Part shown: positions 1 to 12,200 of the stretch, in pieces | Position numbering within the stretch: the first letter of the stretch is position 1 | Layout of the letters: each line of letters starts with the position of its first letter | NCBI RefSeq assembly: GCF_004010195.1 | Contig: NC_057759.1 | Coordinates: forward strand, 5,207,047-5,271,046 | DNA from: Chiloscyllium plagiosum | Lineage: Eukaryota | Length of the DNA: 64,000 nt | Reading direction: 5' to 3' | Translations under genes and position numbers: made by a program | Notes under the pieces: model-generated | Told to the model about the DNA's origin: nothing | Seen by the model: the letters and a program-made list of their open reading frames with translations, nothing else | The model's database searches: none

Positions 1-1521
1 GAACACCACCGCATCCGGAACACCACCGCATCCAGGACACCACCGCATCCGGAACACCACCTGTCTGGAGCACCATTGCATCTGGAACACCATTGCGTCT
101 GGAACATCATCACATCCAGAACACCACTGTATCTTGAACATCATTGCGTCCGGAACACCACCGCATCCAGAACACCACCGCATCTGAAACACCATCACAT
201 CCGGAGCACCACTGCGTCCGGAACGCCACCGCATCTGGAACACAACCACATCTGGAACACCACCGCATCCGGAATACTACCGCATCTGGAATGCTAACAC
301 ATCCGGAACATCACCGCTTCTGGAACACCACCGCGTCTGGAACATGACCGCATCTGGAACACCACCACATCTGGAACACCACCGCATCTGGAACACCATT
401 GCGTCCGGAACACCACCACATCCAGAACACCACCGTATCCGGATCACCACCACATCCAGAACACCACCGCGTCTGGAACACATTGCATCCGGAACATCAT
501 CGCATCCGGAACACAACTGCATCCGGAACAACACCGTGTCCGGAACACCACCATGTCCGGATCGCCAACACATCTGGAACACCATTGCATCTGGAACACC
601 ACCACGTCCAGAACACCACCGCATCTGGAACACCACCACATCCGGAACACTACTGCGAATGGAACGCCACCGCATCTGGAACACTACCGCATCTGGAACA
701 CCACCGCGTCCGGAACACCACCGCGTCCGGAACACCATCGCGTCTGGAACACCACCGCGTCTGGAACACCACCGCGTACGGAACACCACCGCATCTGGAA
801 CACCACCGCGTCCGGAACACCACCGCATCCGGAACACCACCGCGTCCGGAACACCACCGCATCCGGAACACCATTGCGTCCAGAACACCACCGCGTCTGG
901 AACACCACCTCATCCAGAACACCACTGCGTCCAGAACACCATTGTGTCCAGAACATCATCGCATCCAGAACACCACTGCATCCGGATCACCACCACATCC
1001 GGAACACAACCGCATCTGGAATACCACTGCATTCGGAACACCACCACGTCCGGAACACCACCGCATCCGGAACACCACCGCGTCTGGAACACAACCGCAT
1101 CTGGAATACCACTACATTCGAAACACCACCACGTCCGGAACACCATTGCATCCGGAACACCACCGCATCCAGAACACCACTGCGTCCAGAACACAACCGC
1201 ATCTGGAACACCATTGCGTCCGGAACATCATTCCATCCAGAACACCACTGCATCAGTAGCACCACCGCATCTGGAACACCACTGCGTCTGGAACATCATA
1301 GCATCCAGAACACCACCACATCCGGAACACCACCGCATCCAGAACACCACCACATCCGGAACACCACCACATCCGGAACACCACCGCATCCGGAACACCA
1401 CCACATCCGGAACATCACCTCCGGAACACCATTGCGTCCGGAACACCACCGCATCCGGAACACCACCGTGTCCAGAACACCACCACGTCTGGAACACCAT
1501 TGCGTCCGGAACACCACCACA
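1..1521. repeat. 17-bp minisatellite (GAACACCACCGCATCCG)n, roughly 90 units, continuing off the window start
   Basis: Direct tandem units; explains the overlapping long ORFs in all frames. Confidence 0.95.
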
Positions 1522-1544
1522 TTTATAACTCATTCCTAAGCGAA

Positions 1545-1775
1545 GCCTCAATCACATTGCTGTGGGTCTGGGGTCACATGTAGGCCAGACCAGGCAAGGA
1601 TGGTAGTTTTCTTCCCTAAAGGACGTTAGTGAGCCAGATGGATTTTTTTTCCCCGACAATCAACAATGGATTCATGGTCATCATTAGACTCCTAATCCCA
1701 CCACTCAAACCAAGGTACCCAGAACATTATCTGGCTCTCCGGTTTAATAGTCCTGCAATAATAACACCAGGCCAT
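1545..1775 (-). mobile_element. tRNA-derived shark SINE fragment (same family as 15230-15545)
   Basis: Reverse complement matches the ccttacctggtctggcctacatgtgacnccagacccacagcaatgtg core of the 15230 element. Confidence 0.6.
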
Positions 1776-2042
1776 TTCTTCAGCTTCTGAAGAAGATCAG
1801 AGGATCAGAGTAATTCAAGTGAACAAAGGCAGGATGACAACAGGAACAGTGTTATATCTGTAGAGAGAGAGAGGACTTGGGCAGTGGTCAGTGCTGATTG
1901 GTCATGATCTTCTCAAACCCCAGAGATACCAAGCCTGACTGTCATGATTGTCACAGGCATTGGTTAACTTATTCAATCAGCTTAGCATAAAATCACTCCT
2001 TGAGTAATTACTCTGATCACCATTTAGATTTTTAAAGCAATT

Positions 2043-2048
2043 TTTATT
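2043..2048 (-). terminator. Candidate polyadenylation signal (AATAAA) for gene A
   Basis: First clear minus-strand AATAAA noticed downstream of the stop codon; implies a ~2.9 kb 3'UTR; unverified. Confidence 0.2.
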
Positions 2049-3225
2049 GAATGATTTAATGCACAAGTTATATTTGCATATCACACGGCAGCAAGCCTTG
2101 TTCCAGAGTCCCCGATATGGGTGTGGTGGAAATTAAATTGGTCTTTGTCAGTCGTGTGAAGCTCACAGTTAATCAGTGGCCAGTTTCAGGCTGTGCCAAA
2201 TTTCCATTCCAATCAAAGTCCATTTGGTAAAGATCAATTTCAGCCCTGGATGTGTAATGGATACCTTTGTCCCTCTGTGGGATCCCACGGATCCATCCTG
2301 TGTTAGTGAGGTCGATCTCTTCAAACAGATTCTATGCTGCAGTTGGTGAAAACGCACTTGCCCCGGCAGGGGTCAGTTTCCATTTGAATTCTGCTTGTTG
2401 CCCCTTTCCCGAAAATGGATGGATGGACAGAAAGACAGTTTGCAGTCATAGAGTCTTTCATAACCACAAGATGTTTCAGTATGCATTACAGTGAATGAAG
2501 AAACTTTGAAATATAGGAAATAGCAGCCAATCTGCACACAGCAAGCTTCTCTGAATAGTATTGTGATAATAACAAGTAAAATATTGACCTTAAAATAATG
2601 CCAAAGGACTCTTAAAGGCTAGCAGACAGATGAGAGGGGTCCTATCTTTAATGTTTCATCCAAAGGCAGCACCTTTGACACTGCAGCACTCCCTCAGTAT
2701 CTCTCTGTTAACCTGTATTGTGCACTCGATTGTCATTCAAATTTCCTGATACACATTTTCAGCCTGTGAAGTTTCGCAGTGAATCTCTAAACTCATGCTC
2801 CACATTCCTCAGGCGTCAACAAGCCATGCTCATCGCTACTAATTCTAAACAGCACTCCAGCAATATCAGGGTGATTACCCATTTCATGGACCAGCCTTCA
2901 TTACAGGCTCCCTCTCTGTCACTCTCACACTGAATGAGGTGCTGTGTTAGCCTGGAGGGTCAGGCAAAGCTGGGCAGAACACCTTTCACAACTCGATGTT
3001 ACAAGACAGAAAAGACTACTCTCTAGAGATCTAGACAGTCCCAGATGGAAAAGGTGAAAGGATATGGTGTTAAAGCTAGCATCAACAAAGCATTACTGGC
3101 ATAGAAAGGTCAGGTGATGAAGGAAAACCACTCTGAACATCACTGTTTCTGTTTTTCTTTGTTTCAGATCTCCTGTATCTTCAGGTTTTTTTATCTGCAT
3201 GTTTTAGCGCGCACTGTGCTAAGCG

Positions 3226-3712
3226 AGGTAAAAACAATGACTGCAGATGCTGGAAACCAGATTCTGGATCAGTGGTGCTGGAAGAGCACAGCAATTCAGG
3301 CAACATCCGAGGACAGGCAAAATCGACGTTTCGGGCAAAAGCCTTCATCAGGAATAAAGGCAGAGAGCCTGAAGCGTGGAGAGATAAGCTAGAGGAGGGT
3401 GGGGGTGCGGAGAAAGTAGCATAGAGTACAATAGGTCAGTGGGGGAGGAGATGAAGGTGATAGGTCAGGGAGGAGAGGGTGGAGTGGATAGGTGGAAAAG
3501 GAGCTGGGCAGGTCGGACAAGTCCGGACAAGTCAAGGGGACAGTGTTGCTGGAGGTTAGAAACTAGGATGAGGTGGGGGAAGGGGAAATGAGGAAGCTGT
3601 TGAAATCGACATTGATGCCCTGGGGTTGAAGTGTTCTGAGGCGGAAGATGAGGCGTTCTTCTTCCATGCGTCTGGTGGTGAGGGAGCGGTGGTGGAGGAG
3701 GCCCAGGACCTC
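3226..3712 (-). mobile_element. Penelope-like retroelement 3' fragment (GIY-YIG endonuclease C-terminus plus pseudo-LTR with hammerhead motif)
   Basis: Minus-strand peptide VLGLLHHRSLTTRRMEEERLIFRLRTLQPQGINVDFNSF, followed by CTGATGA...GAAACGTC at ~3324-3351. Confidence 0.75.
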
Positions 3713-4965
3713 CGTTAATACGGCTTGTGCTGAGTAGAATTGGCTTTTTGTCAGACCTACACTGCACCAGCTCTGGGTCCCCTCGCTCCTGATGATGGAG
3801 GCTAAAAATTGGATCTTGCTGCACCACAAACTACATTTGGCCAATTAAAGCTGAGACAGGTGGATGGTGAGTTGAACCGTAAGGGTTCACCCACAGCCTA
3901 TTTCGTTCAGAAAGACTCGCAGATCACACATCAATCAAGCTTCTGATTGGTTATCTACTAAAATTACAAAGCTGAAGCAGGGAGTCCCAGCAGACGCTGG
4001 GACAGTGGTTTCTGCTGGACCCTCAGGTGGAGGATCAGAATGAGTGAGATGTGTGATTTGCGCAGGAGAGGGTTGGGGGGAAGGGGGCTCTATGGGGTTG
4101 GGGTTCATGGGAAGAGGTGGGTCACCAGAGAGGGCAGTGAGGAGGCTCAATAGTCAGGAGTCCCGCACCCTGGGTCAAGCCCCTTGGACCTGCACAAATC
4201 AAGGACTGTTTCCCCTGTCGACCCACCTCAACAAGCTGACCTTCCTGCACCTGTTCACCAGTCGGCTCAACAAACTCAGAATCACCTTGTCTGGAACTGA
4301 AGTAATTGCAGTTCATATGGAATTAGGTCCTTAAAGTGATCATTAATGCAGCACTCCAGGCAACCTCATCATTTTGGAGTTGGTGGGCATATCCATTATC
4401 TGGCTTCCCAGCTCCCAGGAAGGAAAGAGGAAAATTCCTGACCCTAGTTTCAGTCCCAGTCTGTGAGTTCTAGTCATCACAACAAGAACAGAACATCAAT
4501 CACAAGGGGATGGAGCAGTTTGGGGGAGGGGACAGGATGTAATCGTTTAGGAGCTCACCTCCCAGACTATGGCAAGGTTCAGGGTAAAACCAATCTTCTA
4601 CTTATGTCGTACAACAAGTGTTAGACCCTTTACTACTGGACTCTGCCAGATGGACCTCTAAAGTCTGAATGTGGGTCAGCCCAGAGTTGCTGACAATTTG
4701 ATCGCAAAAACTTTGTCTTGATATCGGATTTCTCCTACACCCATTATATGAGCCAGGAGAAATAGTGCGGCAATAGCTAATTGCATCCATCCCGCCACAC
4801 AGCAACAGTCCTCCCCACCCCTTTCAGGTACCTGCAGTGGGAAAATATTCACTACCTGTTCCTGAATATGATAAGTCTAAGATATTAAAATATTTGTGAA
4901 AAACATGCACCACTATGAATTTAAACATGAAATCCTCCAGTTAGTCAACTGTGGCATGGTTTCCT

Positions 4966-5180
4966 CTATTTACAATAAATCGGATTTTCCTCCATTTTTA
5001 ACAGGTCATTTGCCTTCATGTCAGATTGTGGTACTGTATGTCTGAGACTCTCTTCCTCTGGGCTGCCAATCAAAGAGTACGTTGGGTCAGTCGGTAAAGC
5101 CATCGGATCTCCTTGGTTGAGCAGTGACCGGTTGTTGAGTTCGATGGGTGCAGAGGCCCTATGGCTCCTGTCATCTTTGC
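4966..5180 (-). CDS. Gene A exon 8: terminal cytoplasmic exon (SKDDRSH...PTYSLI...EENPIYCK*)
   Basis: tcttctcacatctag| acceptor; 70 open codons in phase 1 ending in TAG; YxxI and NPxY motifs; not in the ORF track. Confidence 0.8.
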
Positions 5181-6011
5181 CTAGATGTGAGAAGATAGCA
5201 TGTTTAATGAGATTTACAAAAAACCATGGACACCTGGGAGATGTTTCATTCCATTAAACTTTAGAATGTTTACAGAGTGTGATTAGATTCCAAGATCTAA
5301 ACTACTTACTTTCCACTTCCTGAATTTCAGTCTTGTCTCCATCTCTATGAAAACACAAAATGAAATATGAAGACACACAGACTCAGGCAATGTTAAACAA
5401 CAGTCTGCAGCTCTTGTTTTCTTAAAGTATGTGGAGAGCTGATTATGCAATATCCTCTTCGTTGTTTTGTCTCTCTCTTTTTCTTTCTCTCTCTCCCTCT
5501 GTTTCTCTTTATCTGTCTCTCTCTCTCTGTGTCTCTCTGTCTCTGTCTCTGTCTCTCTCTGTCTGTCTGTCTGTCTCTCTCTCTGTGTCTCTCTGTCTGT
5601 CTGTCTGTCTGTCTCTGTCTCTCTGTCGCTCTCTCTCTCTGTCTGTCTCTCTCCCCCCCACCCCCTCTCTCGGAAGGCTCCTCTGGATCGTTCAATCTCT
5701 CCGGCTCTGGCGACATGTTCATGGGAATGCAAGGGTTAAATGGGGATTCATATCCCGGCGCTCAGGTTGGTAACGCTCATGTTCTCTCAATGTTGGCTCG
5801 CGCGGCGCAGCGATCGTGTCCGTACCTCTGGACCAGGAGCTCTTAGGTTCAAAGTCCCTCCTGCTCCAGAGGTGTGTAATAACAGCAGCTTGGGTGGGTT
5901 AGTCGTGACCTATCTATGATGTAAGGTCATGGATGTGCGGGATTGCAATGGCTCTCTGTCTCTCTCTCTGCTGTCTGTCTGTCTCTGTCTCTCTGTCGCT
6001 CTCTCTCTCTG

Positions 6012-6044
<33 letters not shown>

Positions 6045-6098
6045 GTCTCTCTCTCTGCTGTCTGTCTGTCTCTGTCTCTCTGTCGCTCTCTCTCTCTG

Positions 6099-6131
<33 letters not shown>

Positions 6132-6247
6132 GTCTCTCTCTCTGCTGTCTGTCTGTCTCTGTCTCTCTGTCGCTCTCTCTCTCTGTCTCGGTCTCTCTCT
6201 CTCTCTCTCTGTGTCTGTCTCTGTCTCTCTCTCTCTCTCTCTGTGTC

Positions 6248-6278
<31 letters not shown>

Positions 6279-9200
6279 GTCTCCCTGTTTCTCTCTCTCT
6301 CTTTCTCTTCAGCTGGCTATCTCTAGAAATGTGAAAGATTTTGACGGATTGATGGCAGGAGTATGTACTGGGGATGGTGGGAAGAAGGAAGAAAGGGATG
6401 CTGTGTCTTAGGGTGGAAGTTAAGGGAGGGGGGAAGCCAAAGGGAGTGGTGTTGCGACAAGTAATTAAATAAAACATTTATCTGGAAGAGTTGTGAATGG
6501 CAGGAAAGCAGCTGTCTGATCACAAAGTAAAGGTTTTAACAGTAAACTACAAACTAGCAAAAGAAAAACACATAAAAATGAAATGAGGACAAAGGTTAGG
6601 ATCTAAAATGTTTAAACTTCCTGTTGAGTCTGACAGCTGTGAAGTACCTGATGAAAGACGAGGAGCATGCATTGAGCTTCATTGAAACACTACGGCAGGT
6701 TATGGACAGAGTGGTCAGACTGGGAGAAAGGTAGACAATTAAAATGACAGGCAAATGGGAGCTTGTGGTCAAGCTTGTGGATTGAATGAAGGTCTCAGTC
6801 TCATAATGTAGAGGAAACCACATCATGAGCAACAAATGCCTTGTATAAAATTGAAACAAATACAACTAAATCACTGTTTTATTTGGAAGGAGTGTTTGTG
6901 CTCTTAGACTATGAGAAAGGAGGATGCAAAAGGATTGATGTGCTTGGGTAATAAGGAGAACTCCATTTGGGAGTGATGGAGCTGTTAACCAGGTACCAAG
7001 GAGGAAGCAGTCCCTTCAGAGTGCTGAATGGAGAGACAGTGAAAAGGACTTTGTCCCACTTAAAATAAAAACAGAAAGGTTTTCTTGCACTCATGCCGTC
7101 TCACTCCTTCAGCCTACACACGTGTTCCTTATGCCTCAATCCAATCACCTACCATCTTCTCTCATACCAGCTCTGTTCCCATCCAGCTCCCAAGATCCCT
7201 CAAACTCTTTATGCCAAGTTAAGGTACTTTGATATCCATGTTTCCATAGTATAGACCTAATAGCCCCAGTGATAATAGGGTATGTTAAAAATAAAGCTAT
7301 AAAAACAGTTGGTCATTTAGTCATAACATTCCAATTTATTTTAAAAAGACAGATTTACTTAAGAAAAATGCAAATGTCAATCATCCAGGCCCTTGAAAAT
7401 ATCAAAAGCAGAAACTGCAAGTATACCTTACATATTTTACATTTGAGGAAATAAAAATTGTGCAACTGACAGGATACCAGATGAGACGAGATCTTATATT
7501 TTTCCGATATTCTTATATCCCTTGTTGCCCAATACCAGCCGAGGCCTGATGAAGGGCTCCAGACCAGAACGTCGATTTTCCAGCTCCTCGGATGCTGCCT
7601 GACCAACTTTTCCAGCACCGCACTCCCAACACAGGATACCAGAAATGTCAACCAAACAAACAATTTCTTACCCTGGGTGCCAAAGCTCCTCATAATGCAT
7701 ACAGCATACTGAAAGACCTGGGCGCCTTTAGACCTAGGCTGGTATGTCACACATTGGGCAACAAGGGACATAAGAACATCATAAAAACGTAAGATCTTAT
7801 TTCAGCCTCAACTTCACTTTCCTTCCTGCTTTCCACAATCCTTCAGCCCATTACTATTTAAAAATCTGTTTACCTCCTTAGAGTCATGGAGTCATCAAGT
7901 CCTACAGCATGAAGACAGGCCCTTTGGCCCAAACAGGTCCATGCCGACCAAAATGCCCATCAACATTAACCCCATTTCTCTGCACCTGGCCCATATTCTT
8001 CTCACCCTTTCCTATCTATGTATTTGTCCAAGTGCCTTTTAGATGTTGTGAATGCACCCATCTCAACCACTTCTGCTGACAGCTCATTCCATATGTGTAC
8101 CACCCTCTGTGTAAAATTCTTACATTTATTCAATGTCCCAGCATCCACTGCACTTTGGGGTAGTGAATTCCACAGATTCATGATCCTTGGAGAGAATTAA
8201 TGTCTCCTCATTTCTGTTTTAAATCTGCTACCCCAACCCTAATACTGCGACCTAGATTACCCCAGAAGGGGAAATATCCTGTCTACATCTACTTTATCCA
8301 TCCCTCTTAGCATCTTCTTAATCTTAATTAGATCTCCATTAATTCTTCTAAACTCCAGAGAGTTTAGGGCTAAATTGCTCAACCGCTCTTTATAAGAGAT
8401 CTCTAGAATCAATCTTGTGAATCTCCACTGAACTGTCTTCAATATAATTACATCTCTCCTCAAGTAAGGAGACTAAAATTGTACACAATACTCCAGGTGT
8501 GGTCTCACTAGTACTTTGTACAGTTGCAGTAACTACTTTTATACTTTATTTCTTTAACAGGTCCAGAAGGTGGAAAATGGGATTAGACTAGTTAGGTAGT
8601 TAGATACTAGAATAATTAGATGGTCCAAAGGGTCTTTTACAATGCTGTAGACCTCTATGGCTCTAATTCAATACCCAAATTAATATCTGAGCTCATTGCT
8701 AAGAATGCATAATGCACCTATTTTCACACCCAACTCCATGAAAATCCAACTCCCTGTGTCTGTAGGTCTCTCTCAGTCTGTCTGCCTCTTTACGTCTTTG
8801 TTTCTTTGGCTTTCTACATCTTTGTCACAAACTCTGACTCTGTTTCTCCCCAAGCTTTCTTGATGAGATAAGCTTTATCAGCTAGATCCACTGCGGTGAT
8901 AATGTGGAACTCGCTACCACAGAGTTATTAAAGTGAATAGTTTAGATACATGAAATGAGAGGTTGGACAACTTAGAAGAGAGAAGGCAATAGATGGTTAC
9001 TCTTGTGGATTTTGATGATGGAAAATGGGCAGACACTTAAGTGAAGCATAAACACCAATTTGGACTGGTTGGGCTGAATGACCTGTGCCATCTATCCTGC
9101 GTGATCCTATGTAGTAATGTAAAGAGCAGCAGCTAAACTGACACTTTGACTCAAACAGGCTGTGAAGTGTGAGAAGTGAAGATGTCCTAGCTCCACTGAG

Positions 9201-12200
9201 TTTGAAGTTGAGAAATCTTGTTAATAGAGTGTAGAGAGATCCCTACCCTGTAACCCAGCTGCACAGGCTGATGTACAGTGATTTAAATAATGCAGGGTTT
9301 CAAAGGAAGTGGAATACAGTAGAATCCTTACTGTGTGGAAGCAGACCATTTGACCCATTGAGTCCGCAGAGTACCCCATCCTATCCCTGTAACCCTACAT
9401 TTCCCATGGCTAATCCACCTAACCTGCACAACCCTGGACACTGTGAGCAATCCATCTAACCCGCACATCTTTAGCAGCTCCAAAAGCTAGTGCTTCCAAT
9501 TAAACCTGTTGCACTATAACCTGGTGTTGTGTGATTGTTAACTTTGTCCACCCCGGTCCAACATTGGCATCTCCTAATTGTTATGGTCTTCTAGGAGGGT
9601 CATGGTAGAGAAGAACCCATCTGTCAGTATGGGCTTCCACACAATTTAAATCATTTTCTGATCCTCCATAAACTTCCCTGCTGTCAGTTTTGTCAGTAAG
9701 AATATGGCTAGCTGTTTACCCTTTAACTGCTGGCTCTTTGATCAAACAATACACATGCTCTGTGGAAGCAGAGGTTGTGTGGATTTTCTCCTTCCCTTTG
9801 TCAGGCCTTGACTGGCTTGGTGGTGCTGGAACCTCTGTCACTGAGTAGGCAACAAGTTCCTTTTCAACCGACTTTTCCCTTCTGGGAACCACTGCGTATG
9901 CAACACCTAGACAGAAGAATGGATACGCATCGCGTGATTTTAGTTTCAACTCTGATTAAAAACAGACTTGGTAGAGGTGGAGAATAATTCAAGTCACTTA
10001 CATTCATTTTCCTGTGTTAGTTGAGCACTATTATCGCTATAGTTATTAAAAGAAAAGAAGAAACTGTGAATGTTTCATTAAATGAGCAGAAGTTACAACA
10101 AATTTGCCCAAAAACTGAGAAAAGCCCATTCATACCTCAGTCCTGTTGTTGAGAGTTCATCACAAGACATGTATGAGATTGGAAAGACAAAGTTAAAAAT
10201 TGCTGCGAGGAGTTTGCACTCAATTATAATTTTCTAAATTTGAATTCAACAATTTAAAGTTCTTACTTACCTTTGGCCATTTGTTGTTTTCTTCTGATTA
10301 AGTAAACTCCAACAATGCAAATTGGTACGACCACACATACTACAGCTACGATTGCAATGACTGGTTCTGCAGAAAAGAAGTAGCATTAATACGGGAACAA
10401 AACATATTTTCGTACCACAATTTATGGAATTATCAAGCTATGGATCAAATTCTGCAGCTTTAACCCAACTTGATATAACTTCAATTGTTTGAGACTCTAA
10501 GTGAATGTTTGTAACCTTAGCTTTTATGTTTACCTGTAGCTGCATGAAAATGTACCAGTCAAGTTAAAACCTGCACTCATCCAAAAGCTTTTGGGATGTG
10601 TGTGAGAATGTCCTCCCTTAGGAATGGAACTAATGTCCCATAGCAAAAACCAATGAGAAATCAATTACGTGGCACTGGTCAATTGGATCAAATGGTCTGT
10701 AAAGATTGAAGCCATTTAACTATTTCACGACATGAAAACAATGTTTACCAATAAATAAGAAAGTTTGTTCTGGGAAGGAGATATATTGATCAAGCATATG
10801 AGCCCAATCACATTGTTATTTGAATTTCAGACAACTTTGAAATAAAGAGGAAGACATGCACAATTGAACAGGTGAGTGAATTAAATGTGATATAATATAA
10901 AGTACAAACACAATGGTGGAATTTTATGAGGTCCTGAGTGACATTCATGAGGTGAGATTGTGACCGAGTTGTGAAAGAAGGCTAGTAAGGTCTTTCTTGA
11001 TGTCAGGAGCAACTTGCTGCATCGTTCATGCCAGTTGCTGCACAGTGAAGTAACAGCAAGTTGCCAATGAAAGGAGGATTCCAGTTTGTAAAGCACCTTA
11101 TTAATGATACAGCTCTCCTCAGTAATATTCAGATTCCTATTGACTGAATGTGCCAAACAAGCTGGACATCACAAATTCTTGATATGGAAATCAGAGAGGG
11201 TATCTGGCGTATTCAGCTCGCTGCTCACTCAAAAGGACCTCCATGTTGGACACCAGGCACCAACGTGGCAGGAGATGATCCATGGGCACTGCCACTCGTC
11301 CACAGACATTGGCATCTGACATGTGACAGTCTCCAAGAAAAACCCTCACAGAAAATCATCAGTGCACTTACTGGATGTTTCTATACTTCAGGGCTGCCCC
11401 TCAGGCTGTACTGGCAGCTCTCATTGAAATCCTATAGCAAGGATATTGTGTGCTCAGGGAGACACACCTAGCTCATGGACTGAACCAGGTGGTAACTCCA
11501 GGGTGTTCACCTACTGTCATAGCACTCACTCACTCTGTGTCTACCTTGATACCCTCAGTACCCTGGCCTCTCATTTTCTTTGGACATTTCCCCTCCCTAA
11601 TGAAAGGAAGCAGGTTCACGGTATTTCTGTTTTGCTGTGCTGTTTAGCACAGACATCAAGCCAAGAAGCTTGTCATGATGGCCTGCAGCTTTCAGTCAAG
11701 AGAAGGGAGATAGCCTTCACTCAGGGGCTGCCAGCACAGTCAGTCAAGGGTAATCCCCGATACCAGTCCAAGGGCTTGGATACAGTCAGGGAGATCAGGG
11801 TCAGGAAGAGCGAGCAACTGGATATTGGGCAACCCACCAATTCCCTTGACACTTTCCACCCTACTGTGAAGTGTTTCCCTCTTAGAATGAGAGACAGGCA
11901 GTTATTACAGGAGATGGAAGTGGTGGCACGACTATTACTGTTGGTGCAGCTGGGAGGTGTTCCAAGCAGGAGAGTAGGCAGTACAGAGGGAATGCAGGGG
12001 TTAATGATGTCAGGTTGGGGAGGGTGACAGTGAGTGTGGAAAGATGTTGCAGTCAATAGTGAGACTGTTATAGAATGAGCCTTAGTGGGAGCTGGGTGCA
12101 GTACAGACTGTAAGTAAGTCTGAGGTATCAGAGAGGAGATAATGGCATCTACCTTACCTAATCTTCTTCATACAGAAGCTGGGTATTCCTCCAGATGGCT

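Noticed and set aside
76..1551. Long overlapping ORFs (up to 394 aa) and a superficial CRISPR-like periodicity
   Set aside because: These come from a stop-poor 17-bp tandem repeat; there are no unique spacers or cas genes, and the context is eukaryotic
5283..6477. ER-rich and LS-rich ORFs
   Set aside because: Translations of CT microsatellites; only the 35-nt exon 7, in a different frame, is supported
10136..10202. Possible extra exon between the TM exon and exon 6 (good donor GAG|gtatga at 10136)
   Set aside because: The available AG acceptors give 7 or 67 nt, which frameshift. A 33-nt version needs a non-canonical CAT acceptor and contains TGA. At most a dead exon.
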